A stretch of DNA of 64,000 nucleotides from an uncultured Trueperaceae bacterium (GCA_963799485.1 CAWCXJ010000013.1:128001-192000), one strand, 5' to 3'; positions 37,994 through 48,350 are shown, counted from the first letter of the stretch. Made by a program: numbers and translations. The notes: generated by a model from the letters alone, not told the origin.

Positions 37994-39477
37994 GCGGATT
38001 CCTGCAGGGACCGACTGTGAGCCGCAAATGGCGTCAGGTGCTTTTTGAAGTGAGCATTCAGAACGTCGTAGTACGCTTCCTGTTCGGTTTGCAAAAGCCC
38101 CTGCAGCGCCTCCCGGTAGCGGTCGAGCGCCGAACCGAAGGTCACATGCAGCACCTGCCGGGCGTCGTCTTGGTTCAGCAGGGCGGGCAGCTCGGCGTCG
38201 GTAAGCTCGCTTTCGGCAGGGACGCGGCTGAGCGACGCCGAGACGTGGTAACTCTGTTTTTCGGTCTCAAAGCGCTCGCGCCCCAGCGCGTAGATCTCTC
38301 GGAACAGCTCGGGCTGATGCACACTGGCGACCCGGAGCGCCTCGAGGTAACTCGTCCCGGCGGTTTTGAGGTGAACGACGCCGCCCGTGGCCTCGGCGAT
38401 GAGCGGGTAAACGCTGAACTTGTCCGAACCGGAGTGCAGCGAGAGTTTATACGGTCCGAGCGCCTTGGCGAGCGCCGCGTGCCCTGAAAGGTCGCGTCTC
38501 AGTGCGTCCAAATCGCCTAAATAATCCACGCCTTTTTCAAACCGCCCGACAAAGCGGGGGGCGAGGCTGATCCACCGGACGCCGAGGCGAGCGAGCTCGA
38601 GCGCCACCACCGCGTGTTCGGCGTGGCTGGTGGGCGTTTCGGTCTCATCGACGGAGACCTCGAGTTCAAAGGGCACGCCTCTGTCGGCAAGGTGCCGATA
38701 CATCTTCGTCACGTGCAGCACGGCGCGTCCGTACTTGGCGGCGGCCCGCAGCACGTCTTCACGCTGAAGCGTCAGGGTGCGGTCGCTTAGCTCGAGGGAC
38801 TGCCCCGCGTAGGCTTCAAAGTCTTTTTGGGTGGTCTCGAGTTCATCCCAGGGGAGCGCCGCAACCATGTCGGCGATAACGCTTTCGTCTGCGTCATGAG
38901 CGCTGTCGTCCACGTGCTCGCCGGGGTCAACCGTAAAAAAGGTAAACCCGGCGGCGGCGCAGCGGCCTAAGTCGGCGGTTGTCTTCTGGTGGTCGGCGTC
39001 GGCTCCTAGCGGCCCACGCCAGCCCCCAGCGAACGCACCCCAGGTCGCGTCGTCCATGACCTCTTGCGGTGTGCGGTTTGTACGCGTCATCTCGCGGATC
39101 GACTGCTGCGCGTAGATCGGGGTGATGCCGCCGCCAGAATGCTGCATAGCGCGGACATGCCCCGGCGTGGCGACGCCCAGACGGTCGCCGAACCCGGCTG
39201 AGGTCGCCAGGCCGAGAGGTTTCGGGGTGAGCCACTCGAGCGCCTCCCTCAGCACGGCGGCGTTGACGGCATTTGGTTCGGCGTAGTGTACAAGGCCCGC
39301 GTCGGTCGTTTCGGTTTTTCCCTCGATACGTGACGCTAACGGATGCTCGCGCGGCGCGGCGACGCGAAAGGGGAGTGCGCCGCTCGGCTCGAGCCAGAGC
39401 GCCGCCCCCCCCACTTCGGTAAACGACGGCAGCTCACGAGCTGCGTCCGGAACGGGTAAAGGGTCGTATGACGTCAT
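37990..39477 (-). CDS. uxaE: Tagaturonate/fructuronate epimerase
   Basis: GFGDRLG, AQQSIREM, GADADH, EVSVDE, SLHSGSDKF, HLKTAGTSYLEA, LHVTFGS. Confidence 0.93.
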   Translation of the reverse strand: MTSYDPLPVPDAARELPSFTEVGGAALWLEPSGALPFRVAAPREHPLASRIEGKTETTDAGLVHYAEPNAVNAAVLREALEWLTPKPLGLATSAGFGDRLGVATPGHVRAMQHSGGGITPIYAQQSIREMTRTNRTPQEVMDDATWGAFAGGWRGPLGADADHQKTTADLGRCAAAGFTFFTVDPGEHVDDSAHDADESVIADMVAALPWDELETTQKDFEAYAGQSLELSDRTLTLQREDVLRAAAKYGRAVLHVTKMYRHLADRGVPFELEVSVDETETPTSHAEHAVVALELARLGVRWISLAPRFVGRFEKGVDYLGDLDALRRDLSGHAALAKALGPYKLSLHSGSDKFSVYPLIAEATGGVVHLKTAGTSYLEALRVASVHQPELFREIYALGRERFETEKQSYHVSASLSRVPAESELTDAELPALLNQDDARQVLHVTFGSALDRYREALQGLLQTEQEAYYDVLNAHFKKHLTPFAAHSRSLQESA

Positions 39478-39510
39478 CGAAACCTCCTGAGGCCGGCCTA
39501 ACGTGCGGGT

Positions 39511-40524
39511 TTACGGCGCGCTGCCGCGCACGATAAGGTTGGGTTTTTGAACCACGGGCACGTGATTTGACTCCGCCTCAGCCGACAAGCTGTCGACCAA
39601 GAGCTGCACGGCGCGGCGACCGAAGGCCGCTTTGTCAATTCCGAGCGTGGTGAGCGGCGGGTTCGTCAAGCTGGCCATGCGGATGTCGTCGCAGCCGACG
39701 ATGGCGAGGGTGCCCGGTACGTTTACGCCCAATTCGCTGCACGCGCGCAGCGCGCCGATGGCAACGAGGTCGTTGTAGCAAAACAGCCCGTCTAACGCCG
39801 GTACGTCCGCCAGCAGCGCCCGCGCCGCGCTGTAGCCGCCGGTCTCGTCGGGTGAACAGGGTCGGATGTAGAGGGGTTCGACCGCGCGCCCGGTGGTCTC
39901 GAGCGCTGTGCAGTACCCGGCTATCCTCAGTTTGCTGCTATGTGAGTGTTCCGGCCCTGCCAGGAAACCGACCTGCTCGCGCCCCCCGCCGAGCAGATGG
40001 TGAACCGCGCGCATGGCCCCGTAGAGGTCGTCGATTTCAAACGCAGGGACGTTGCTGCCGGGGATATGCCGGTTGACGAGCAGGGTGTTCTGTCCTGCAC
40101 CGATCAGGGTGCGCAGCTCGCTGTCGGGTAAGCGTGCGCTGCAAATGATTTTTCCGTCGACGTGCCGCTCCTCGAGCAACCTCAGGGTATTCGCTTCACG
40201 CTCGAGGCTTTCGACGGTGCTGCAGATGAGCAGTGCGTAACCGCGCTCCCAGGCCTCGTCTAAGGCACCCTGAATGATCTCCGAAAAAAACGGGTTGCTG
40301 AGGTCGGGTACGACAAACCCCACTGTGCGGGTTTCCCCGAGGGTCAGGGCGCGGGCGAGCTGATTGGGGCGGTAGCCGAGTTTAGCGACCGCACGCTCGA
40401 CTTTTTCACGGGTTGCCCGGCTTATCTCACCTTTGTTATTGACGACGCGGGAGACCGTCATGCTCGAGACGTTCGCCTCTGCCGCAACGTCGGCGATGGT
40501 AACGCGGGGCGTCCCTACGCCCAC
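39511..40524 (-). CDS. LacI family transcriptional regulator
   Basis: TIADVAAEANVSSMTVSRVVN, YRPNQLARAL, NDLVAIG, GCDD, PPLTT. Confidence 0.95.
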   Translation of the reverse strand: MGVGTPRVTIADVAAEANVSSMTVSRVVNNKGEISRATREKVERAVAKLGYRPNQLARALTLGETRTVGFVVPDLSNPFFSEIIQGALDEAWERGYALLICSTVESLEREANTLRLLEERHVDGKIICSARLPDSELRTLIGAGQNTLLVNRHIPGSNVPAFEIDDLYGAMRAVHHLLGGGREQVGFLAGPEHSHSSKLRIAGYCTALETTGRAVEPLYIRPCSPDETGGYSAARALLADVPALDGLFCYNDLVAIGALRACSELGVNVPGTLAIVGCDDIRMASLTNPPLTTLGIDKAAFGRRAVQLLVDSLSAEAESNHVPVVQKPNLIVRGSAP

Positions 40525-40550
40525 ACGCCGACACCTTTCGAGCAGTAGAA

Positions 40551-40708
40551 GTTACCGCTAACAGCCCCGTTCATGCCCGAAGTATAGGTACAAAGCGATG
40601 TTGTGTCAAGTGGAGAAAAGCGTTCCTGTCATTTTCTTTCTTCGTTATGTTGACAGCTTGACAAAGATGTGCTAGCTTTACACCAAGCTTGACTGTTAGC
40701 GGTAACAG
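40551..40708. promoter_or_regulatory. Divergent promoters with two LacI-type operators
   Basis: Operators GTTACCGCTAACAG at 40551-64 and CTGTTAGCGGTAACAG at 40693-708; minus promoter TTGACA-17-TATACT (40609-40581); plus promoter TTGACA (40650)-17-TAGCTT with an extended TG. Confidence 0.8.
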
Positions 40709-40786
40709 CGTAAATGACTGCTGCTTTCCCGGCGCTTGGACACCGCGGGAAGATACAGCTGCATAGGCTGTAGAAAGAGAGGATTT

Positions 40787-41770
40787 ATGAGCCGGATTTC
40801 ACGTCTGTTCGTAGGAGTATGTGTCGGGGCCGTTTTTAGTCTGGGGTCGCTGGGGTTAGCCCAAGAGCTTACCCTCCGCGCGGCCGACAATCAGCCCGAC
40901 GATTATCCAACCGTGTTGGGTCTTAAGGCGATGGCCGAATACTTGAGCGAAAACAGCGACGGACGCATCGAGATGGAGGTGTTTTCCGGGGGACAGCTCG
41001 GTGACGAGCGCAGCACCATCGAACAAGCGCAGCTTGGGGTCATCGATATCGTCCGCACCTCGACGAGTCCGGTAGGTGAGTTTTACGCGCCGATGGGTGT
41101 GTTTAGCCTGCCGTACCTGTTCCGTGACCAGGCGCACTTCGAAAACGTGTTGCAAGGCGAGGTCGGGCAGGAGTTGCTCAAGGGTTTGACCCAGAGCGAC
41201 CTTTTGGGCCTGGCGTACTACGACTCGGGTAGCCGTAACTTCTACACCACCGAAAAGCCTATCCGCAGCGTCGCCGACCTTGCCGGGTTGCGGATTCGTA
41301 CCCAGGAGAGCCAGGTCGTCCTCGATATGATGGAGGCGCTCGGCGCCGACCCTGTACCCTTGCCCTTTGCCGAGGTCTACAGTTCGTTGCAGACCGGCGT
41401 GATCGACGGAGCCGAGAACAACTTTCCGTCGTATGGGCCCGACGGGGTGCGTCACTTTGAAGTGGCTCCTTACTTTACGCTCGATGGACACGCCCGTGTG
41501 CCGGAAGTCGTGATGATCAGCACCACGACCTGGAACCGACTCAGCCCCGAAGACCAGACGCTCCTGCGTGAAGCTGCCCAAGTTGGTGCCGAGGTTGAAT
41601 TCGCGGCGTGGGCCGAACTCGAGGAGACGAGCCGCCAAGCCGTCATCGAGGCGGGCAGCGAGATTATCGAGGTTGACGTCGCCGAGTTTCAAGCGGCCGT
41701 CGCGCCGGTGATTGAAAAGTACGCGGCTGAATACGGAGACCTGGTTCAGCGTATTAAGGATACACAGTAG
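40787..41770 (+). CDS. dctP: TRAP transporter substrate-binding protein
   Basis: Signal peptide; GQLGDE, SLPYLF, GSRNFY, GLRIR, EVYSSLQTGVIDGAENN. Confidence 0.93.
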   Translation: MSRISRLFVGVCVGAVFSLGSLGLAQELTLRAADNQPDDYPTVLGLKAMAEYLSENSDGRIEMEVFSGGQLGDERSTIEQAQLGVIDIVRTSTSPVGEFYAPMGVFSLPYLFRDQAHFENVLQGEVGQELLKGLTQSDLLGLAYYDSGSRNFYTTEKPIRSVADLAGLRIRTQESQVVLDMMEALGADPVPLPFAEVYSSLQTGVIDGAENNFPSYGPDGVRHFEVAPYFTLDGHARVPEVVMISTTTWNRLSPEDQTLLREAAQVGAEVEFAAWAELEETSRQAVIEAGSEIIEVDVAEFQAAVAPVIEKYAAEYGDLVQRIKDTQ

Positions 41771-41775
41771 CTGCT

Positions 41776-43692
41776 GTGGACAGCCCCAACGTGGTGGTGC
41801 GTGAGGGGGAGACCCCTCCCACCTCTAGGTTTGCCCGTTTCGAGTCTGGATTTACCAGGGCCGTCGCGACGATTACGGCGCTTTTGCTGCTCGGTATCGT
41901 CGTCGTGATTACCTATCAGGTCGTGGCGCGCTACCAACCCTGGATACGGGTGCCGCGCTGGACTGAAGAGGTCAGCCTGATTCTGATGGTCTGGTTGTCG
42001 CTCATCGGCAGCGGTTTAGGACTTCGTGCGGGCGAACACCTGGCGATGGACGTCGTAGTCAGTCAGTTGCCTGCGCGATTTCAACAGCTTCTAAAAAACA
42101 TCATTTACGTCGCAGTGGCAGCGTTTGGCGTTTATCTTGCCTGGTACGGGTTTGAACTGGCGAGTAGAACCATGTCGCAGACGTTTGCCGCGTCGAAGTT
42201 GCCTATCGGACTGATGTACCTAGGAATCCCACTGGGTGGCGTGCTGGTGGCGTTTTATTCACTTCGCGCGATCTACTTCCCGCCGCCGACGCTAGGGGTG
42301 ACCACCGACATTCCCAGGAAAAACTGGCTCTTGCGTTTTGCGCTGCTGGGTATGGGCGTTGTGCTCGCGCTCGGAGCCTGGGCCATCTTCGGCGACGCGC
42401 TTTTCGGTTCGGTCGGCGTCTTGCTCGGCACCTTCACCTTTTTGCTGATCGTCGGGATGCCTATTGCTATCGCCGTCGGGCTTGCGAGTCTGGTGACGGT
42501 ATTGACTCTCGGCTTGCCCCCCCTGATCGTCGCGCAGCGGATGGCGAACGGCGTCAGCTCGACGCCGCTCTTGGCGATCCCGTTTTTTATCCTGGCGGGG
42601 CAGATCATGGCTGAAGGGGGCATCGCGCAGCGCCTGGTAAACTTTGCGCGGGTGATCGTCGGGCCGATTCCCGGCGGCTTGGCGATGGTCAACATCGTGT
42701 CGTCGATGCTCTTTGGCGGCACCTCGGGTTCGGCGGTTGCCGATGTCAGCGCCAACGGTACCATCCTTATTCCGATGATGAAAAAACAGGGGTATGGTGC
42801 GGACTTCAGCACCGCGATTACCGTGGCGAGTTCTGTCCAGGGCATTATCATTCCGCCGAGTCACAACGCGGTGATCTACTCGCTAGCAGCAGGTGGCGTG
42901 TCGATCGGGGCGCTTTTTTTAGGTGGCTACCTGCCCGGCATTATGATCGGCCTGGCGCTTATGGTGGCGTCTTACTTTTTAGCCAAACAGCGTCACTACC
43001 CGTCCGAACCCAGACCGGCCTTTAACGAAAGTCTACGCACGACGGTCGCCGCAGTGCCCGGTCTCGGGGTCGGATTTATCATCGTCGGCGGGATTGCATT
43101 TGGCTTTTTTACGGCGACCGAGGCCGCCGCCATCGGCGCGGTAACGGCGTTTTTAGTCTCGACGCTGATCTACCGCGAACTGCCGCTTAGCAAGTTGTGG
43201 ACTGCGACGCTGGCGTCGGTACGGACGATCTCGGTCGTGATCTTTTTGATCGCCACGGCGAGCGCGTTTGCCTGGCTGATGGCGTACTTGCGCATTCCCG
43301 AGGCGCTGGCTGCGGGTATTTTGGACCTGACGCAAAACCGCATTTTGATGCTGCTACTCATCAACGTCTTGCTGCTTCTGCTCGGCGCGGTCATGGATAT
43401 GGCCCCGCTCATCCTGATCTTGACGCCCGTGCTGCTACCTATCGTCGCCGCCGACCCCATCAACATGTCGCCCGTTCACTTCGGCATCATGCTGCTCCTG
43501 AACCTCGGCCTCGGACTGACGACGCCGCCGGTAGGTTCGGCGCTCTTTGTCGGGTGTGCAATTGGCAAGGTTCGGCTCGAGGAAGCGAGTAAAGCGATGC
43601 TCTACCTCTGGCCCGCGATGTTTACCGTGCTGATGCTCGTAACCTTTTTTCCCTGGTTCGTCAACGTGGTGCCGAACCTTTTTGGCGCGTAG
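41776..43692 (+). CDS. dctM: Fused TRAP small and large permease (DctQM)
   Basis: N-terminal WTEEV...HLAMD (DctQ), then LLAIPFFILAG, SGSAVAD, IIPPS, TATEA, TPPVG (DctM). Confidence 0.92.
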   Translation: MDSPNVVVREGETPPTSRFARFESGFTRAVATITALLLLGIVVVITYQVVARYQPWIRVPRWTEEVSLILMVWLSLIGSGLGLRAGEHLAMDVVVSQLPARFQQLLKNIIYVAVAAFGVYLAWYGFELASRTMSQTFAASKLPIGLMYLGIPLGGVLVAFYSLRAIYFPPPTLGVTTDIPRKNWLLRFALLGMGVVLALGAWAIFGDALFGSVGVLLGTFTFLLIVGMPIAIAVGLASLVTVLTLGLPPLIVAQRMANGVSSTPLLAIPFFILAGQIMAEGGIAQRLVNFARVIVGPIPGGLAMVNIVSSMLFGGTSGSAVADVSANGTILIPMMKKQGYGADFSTAITVASSVQGIIIPPSHNAVIYSLAAGGVSIGALFLGGYLPGIMIGLALMVASYFLAKQRHYPSEPRPAFNESLRTTVAAVPGLGVGFIIVGGIAFGFFTATEAAAIGAVTAFLVSTLIYRELPLSKLWTATLASVRTISVVIFLIATASAFAWLMAYLRIPEALAAGILDLTQNRILMLLLINVLLLLLGAVMDMAPLILILTPVLLPIVAADPINMSPVHFGIMLLLNLGLGLTTPPVGSALFVGCAIGKVRLEEASKAMLYLWPAMFTVLMLVTFFPWFVNVVPNLFGA

Positions 43693-43840
43693 GCCGTGCC
43701 CGCCGGTACTGCTACGAGCCAAGGAACTTCCGGGCAGGCTTGAGCTTGAATTAAACGCAGCCAAGGATGAATGCTGTTTAAGGCGTTCGTTTTATGTGTA
43801 GAGCGAAGCTGTTACGGTAGGAGAAAAGTGAGGTGAAACG

Positions 43841-44848
43841 GTGAGCATTAAAGTTGGCGTTATCGGGGTGGGTACTGCCGGCGGGTGGTACGCCGAGATT
43901 GTGCGGAACTTGCCGAATACGGAACTGGCTGCGGCGCTCCGAAGTCCGGGGGGCGATACGGTGGCAATACAGGACGCTTGGGGCGTACCGTGCTTCGAGG
44001 CGCTAAGCGACTTTTTGGACTTAGGTTTAGACGCCGTAATCGTGGCTACTCCGAGCGGGCAGCACTTTGCACAGGCCAAGGCCGCGCTCAGGGCCGGACT
44101 TCACGTGCTGATAGAAAAACCGCTTTGCCTCGAGGTTGGTGAAGCGCAAAAGCTTATCACCCTGGCCTCCAAAGAAAACCTGCGTCTGGGCGTCACCTTT
44201 CAGCGCCGCGCCGACCCGCTTTTTCTCGCCGTAAAAGCGGCGGTTGCCGGCGGCGCGCTCGGTAAACCGGTGCTGCTAAACATCACCATGCCGTACTACC
44301 GCACAGCGGACTATTACGCGTCGGCGGCGTGGCGCGGCACATTTTCTGAAGATGGCGGCGGCGTGCTGATGAACCAGGGCATCCATCTCGTCGACCTCGC
44401 CGTGTGGCTTTTCGGGACGGTGCGGCGGGTGAGCGCGTTTGCCGCGACGCGGTTGCACAGTATCGAAGTCGAAGACACGATAAGTATTACCCTCGAGTTC
44501 TCTTCAGGCGCGCTCGGCAGTGTTGCGGGTACGACAGCCAGCCCACCGGGGGTGACGCACAGCGTAGAGGTTTGCGGAACGCAGGGTTCGCTGCGGCTCG
44601 CGGATGAACGGGTGGTGCGCTGGGACGTACCGGGACGCGCCCGACCGGAAGGGGGCGGGGGAGACGGTGCGGCCTCCGACCCGCGCGCGACCTCGGCGGC
44701 AAACCACGCGCGCATCGTTGCGGATTTTGTCACGGCGGTGGAAACGGGAGGCTCACCATGCGTTACCGGCGAAGATGCGCTCCTGAGCTTGAAAGTGGTC
44801 AAAGCGGCGTACACTTCGGCGCGGGCGGGGCGCGCGGTTGAGCTTTAG
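43841..44848 (+). CDS. Gfo/Idh/MocA family oxidoreductase
   Basis: GVIGVG, TPSGQH, EKP, GGGVLMNQGIHLVD. Confidence 0.92.
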   Translation: MSIKVGVIGVGTAGGWYAEIVRNLPNTELAAALRSPGGDTVAIQDAWGVPCFEALSDFLDLGLDAVIVATPSGQHFAQAKAALRAGLHVLIEKPLCLEVGEAQKLITLASKENLRLGVTFQRRADPLFLAVKAAVAGGALGKPVLLNITMPYYRTADYYASAAWRGTFSEDGGGVLMNQGIHLVDLAVWLFGTVRRVSAFAATRLHSIEVEDTISITLEFSSGALGSVAGTTASPPGVTHSVEVCGTQGSLRLADERVVRWDVPGRARPEGGGGDGAASDPRATSAANHARIVADFVTAVETGGSPCVTGEDALLSLKVVKAAYTSARAGRAVEL

Positions 44849-44912
44849 ACGAGTGAGCTTTATGACGAGCAAGCTTTAGACAGGTGGGTTTTAGAACGTC
44901 AACCAGCAGCCG

Positions 44913-45818
44913 ATGCTGAACATCAGCCTCGAGGTCGTCTTGCCGGTCTTTTTGCTGATTGCAGTAGGGGCGCTCCTCGGGCGCACCGTCCAGCCGGAAC
45001 TCAGAACTCTCAACCGGACGGCGCTCTACGCTGCGGTTCCGGCGCTCGTCTTTTCGTCGCTGGCAAGAGCTGAGCTGAGCGCGGCAAGTCTTGGCGTACT
45101 CATCGGCGGGCAGCTTGCGATTGTCACCACCATGGCGCTCCTGAGTTACGGGTGCTCGAGCCTCGTTTTCGGCAGTAACAGTGCCGCCTCGCGGCGGGGC
45201 TTTGTCGCGACGAGCGTGTTTAGCAACAGCGCCAACATGATGCTGCCGGTGGCCCTGTTCGGTTTCGGTGAAGCGGGTCTCGAGCGGGCGCTGATCCTCT
45301 TTGTCCTCTCTTCGGTGCTGCTGTTTACGCTGGGACCACTTGTCCTCGCCGGACGTGGGGCGGGGCAGAAGCGCGTGCTGCTGTCTGTGTTAAAGCTGCC
45401 GGTATTGTGGGCGGCGCTGTTTGGCGTCGGCTTTAACCTGCTCGGCTGGACGCTGCCGACGGGCGTGATGCGCGGCGCGGAGATTCTCGGTAGCGCGGCT
45501 GTCCCGCTCGTTCTCTTAACGCTCGGGGTGCAGATCCAAAGGGGCGGCAAGCTCGCGCCGACCCGTGTGAACTGGCTGGCGGCAGGGTTCAAGCTCGGTT
45601 TGGGGCCGGTCGTAGGTCACAGCGTCGGCTGGCTGGTGGGTGCGCGGGGGCTCGACCTCGCGGTACTGACGCTGCTCGCGGCGATGCCCCCGGCTATCAA
45701 CACCTTTATGCTGGCGCTCGAGTTCGGGGGCGACGCCGAGGAGGTGGCCCGCACGGTGACGCTCTCGACGTTCGGCGCACTCTTCTCCCTGACGCTGGTC
45801 GTGTGGCTGCTCCAGTAA
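44913..45818 (+). CDS. AEC (auxin efflux carrier) family transporter
   Basis: About 10 TM helices; FSNSANMMLP, AAVPLVLLTLG, AMPPA. Confidence 0.88.
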   Translation: MLNISLEVVLPVFLLIAVGALLGRTVQPELRTLNRTALYAAVPALVFSSLARAELSAASLGVLIGGQLAIVTTMALLSYGCSSLVFGSNSAASRRGFVATSVFSNSANMMLPVALFGFGEAGLERALILFVLSSVLLFTLGPLVLAGRGAGQKRVLLSVLKLPVLWAALFGVGFNLLGWTLPTGVMRGAEILGSAAVPLVLLTLGVQIQRGGKLAPTRVNWLAAGFKLGLGPVVGHSVGWLVGARGLDLAVLTLLAAMPPAINTFMLALEFGGDAEEVARTVTLSTFGALFSLTLVVWLLQ

Positions 45819-45831
45819 TTGACACCGACTT

Positions 45832-46923
45832 TTAACCCGGCGGCGTCATCTCTGCCGTACGGCTACTGTCGGCCTGTTCCTGAGCCACGAGACAAAGCTC
45901 TGCCGCCTTGAAAGCATGTTCCTGGGTCATGGCGTTTTCGGTGCGGTTCAGACAGTCCAAAATGAGCTGCCCGAAAAAGGGGTAGCCAACTTTACCGTTT
46001 AGCTCCAGGCGCGTTTCACCCTCGTGATTGACGAGGTAAAGCTGGTCGCCCTGTTTGTCTCTGGCAATATCCACGTACTTACGCAGCTCGAGATACCCCT
46101 TCGTGCCCAAAATAAGAGTGCGCCCGTCGCCCCAGGTGGAGAGGCCGCCCGGGGTAAACCAGTCCACCCGGAAGTAATTTGACGCGCCGCCCTCTGCGAG
46201 CAAGTTGGCTTCGCCGAAACTCTCGAGTTCCGGATACGCGGGGTGATAATTTGCGGCGCGCGCGTAGCTGACGCGGGCGTCTTTTGCGCCGCTGTAAAAG
46301 AGAAACTGCTCGATCTGGTGACTGCCGATGTCGCACAAGATGCCGCCGTACTTGGCCCGCTCAAAAAACCAGTCGGGCCGAGACGGGGCGTTCAGGCGGT
46401 GCGGGCCCAAACCCAACACCTGAACGACCTCACCGATAACCCCGTCTTTAACGAGTTCTCCGGCGTAAACGGCGCACTCGACGTGGAGACGCTCGCTGTA
46501 GTAGACCAGATACTTCCGGCCTGTCGCTGCGACCTGCTTTTTGGCGGCCTCGAGCTGTGCGCGCGCCGTAAAAGGCGCTTTGTCCGTAAAGTAATCCTTG
46601 CCCGCCGCCATCACCTCGAGACCCAACGGGCCACGGTCACAGGGAATCGCCGCCGCCGCCACGAGTTTGAGCTTGGGGTCGCCCAACACTTCGTTTATGT
46701 CCCTGGCGACCTTTACGCCGGGAAACTTTCTCTTAAAGGCGTCCACCTTAGCCGGGTCGGGGTCGTAAACCCGGCGCAGCTCGCCCCCGGCCTCGAGAAG
46801 GCCGTTACACATACCGTAAATGTGACCGTGGTCTAGGGCGACCGCCGCAAACGGAAACTCACCCGGTGCGACGACCGGTTCGGGTTTGCCTGTCGGCGCA
46901 TAGTTCATGCCGTCGTTACTCAT
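45832..46923 (-). CDS. Gfo/Idh/MocA family oxidoreductase
   Basis: LDHGHIYGM, DKAP, YSERL, GPHRL, GGILCDIGSHQ; RBS AAGGAG before ATG46923. Confidence 0.9.
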   Translation of the reverse strand: MSNDGMNYAPTGKPEPVVAPGEFPFAAVALDHGHIYGMCNGLLEAGGELRRVYDPDPAKVDAFKRKFPGVKVARDINEVLGDPKLKLVAAAAIPCDRGPLGLEVMAAGKDYFTDKAPFTARAQLEAAKKQVAATGRKYLVYYSERLHVECAVYAGELVKDGVIGEVVQVLGLGPHRLNAPSRPDWFFERAKYGGILCDIGSHQIEQFLFYSGAKDARVSYARAANYHPAYPELESFGEANLLAEGGASNYFRVDWFTPGGLSTWGDGRTLILGTKGYLELRKYVDIARDKQGDQLYLVNHEGETRLELNGKVGYPFFGQLILDCLNRTENAMTQEHAFKAAELCLVAQEQADSSRTAEMTPPG

Positions 46924-47070
46924 AAAACTCCTTTTACGGGCGAACCTCAAAGCCAGAATGCAGAACACACGAGGGAGAATATTATTCTCAATTCTTCATG
47001 CTCCCTTCTATATCCTTCCCGAAATCACAGAAGGCTCAAAACAACAAAAACGTGCATAACAGTTGAGCCA

Positions 47071-48165
47071 CTAGACCGGCTGCCCCGCTTTGAGTTTCTC
47101 CAGCAGCGCCCTGTACCGTGCTCTGTCCAGCGGAAGTTCGACCTCACGACGCGTGTAACTCGACAAAATCATGGCGTTGGCTAACTCCAAAGACGTGCGC
47201 CCTGCCACGCCGTCACAGACGAGCGGAGTCCCCTCGAGGATTGCCCGGTGCAAGTTGCGGTAGATTTCAAGATGGTTCCCCTGACTCTCAGCGGTTTGAA
47301 GCGTGACCGGCAGCCTTTCGGGTTGACCGAACCGTTCGGGTGAGGTCTCGCTGTAGTGCGCGAAATCGGGTTCAAAGCGCGTCACCTCCACCTGCTCTCC
47401 AATCCGCATGACGCCGCCTGTACCGACGAGTTCGATGCGGTCGTCCCGGCCTCCTTCGGCGGTGCTGATATGAAACGAACCGAGCGTACCGTCTTGCCAC
47501 TCGAGCATGGCCTGCACCGTGTCTTCGGTTTCGGTTGCGTGTAACAGATTGCGCGTCCAGGCTAAGGTGCGCTTGGGTGAACCCATAAAGTAACCCAGCA
47601 AATCGAGGTCGTGCGGTGCCTGGTTGAGCAGCACGCCGCCGCCCTCACCCTGCCAGGTGGCCCGCCAGGTTGCCGAGCGGTAGTAGGCTTTCGTGCGCGG
47701 CCACGCTTTGGTGATGTCGATGTGCTGTACCCGTCCGAGTCCGCCTTCATCTATGTAGCGTTTGGCGGCGAGCACCTCGCTGCGGAGGCGCTGCTGGAAG
47801 TTGACGGCGAGCAGGCGACCGGCCCGTTCCGCCGCGTCAATCATCGCGTCCGCCTCGCGCACCTCGACCGCCATCGGCTTCTCGACCAGCACGTGAGCGC
47901 CGGCCTCCAAGCAGGCGATTGTCAGCTCGGCGTGAAAGGGGTGCGGCGTGAGGACTACGGCGACCTCCGGCTGCGTTTCCGCGAGCATCTCTTTGTAGTC
48001 GGCGTAAAACGCACAGCCCAGTTCATCGGCCCGCGCCTTACCAAGCTCGAGACCAAGATCGGAAACGGCGACGAGTTCGGTCGTGGGCAGCTCGAGTCCG
48101 GCACGGTGCATGTGAAAGACGCCCGCCCCGACGCCGAGGACGACGTGCCGCAGCGCGCGGGTCAC
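47071..48165 (-). CDS. Gfo/Idh/MocA family oxidoreductase
   Basis: GVGAG, TPHPFH, EKPM, GGGVLLNQAPHDLD. Confidence 0.92.
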   Translation of the reverse strand: MTRALRHVVLGVGAGVFHMHRAGLELPTTELVAVSDLGLELGKARADELGCAFYADYKEMLAETQPEVAVVLTPHPFHAELTIACLEAGAHVLVEKPMAVEVREADAMIDAAERAGRLLAVNFQQRLRSEVLAAKRYIDEGGLGRVQHIDITKAWPRTKAYYRSATWRATWQGEGGGVLLNQAPHDLDLLGYFMGSPKRTLAWTRNLLHATETEDTVQAMLEWQDGTLGSFHISTAEGGRDDRIELVGTGGVMRIGEQVEVTRFEPDFAHYSETSPERFGQPERLPVTLQTAESQGNHLEIYRNLHRAILEGTPLVCDGVAGRTSLELANAMILSSYTRREVELPLDRARYRALLEKLKAGQPV

Positions 48166-48350
48166 GCGCCCACCTGCTCGCGCACGAGCTGTTGGACAAA
48201 AGCGTGGTTGTGCTCCAGCGCCGTGCGGCTTTCTCTCGCTTCGCTAAAGTCTTCGACCGACCAGCCGCCATAGCCCGTATCTCTAAGTGCCCACGCCGCC
48301 TCTTCCGGGGTCAAGTCGGGGAGCATGACCGTAAAAACAGCTGACTTCAC
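48162..48350 (-). pseudogene. Sugar phosphate isomerase/epimerase (AP endonuclease 2 TIM barrel) reduced by an internal in-frame deletion
   Basis: N-terminus MKSAVFTVMLPDLTPEEAA...GY joined directly to C-terminal GGWSVEDFS...; 62 aa; RBS and GTGA overlap intact. Confidence 0.7.

Noticed and set aside
46975..46989. GAGAAT-att-ATTCTC palindrome as a Fur box
   Set aside because: The spacing is not the 7-1-7 form and no iron-related genes are adjacent. It is only an AT-rich palindrome.
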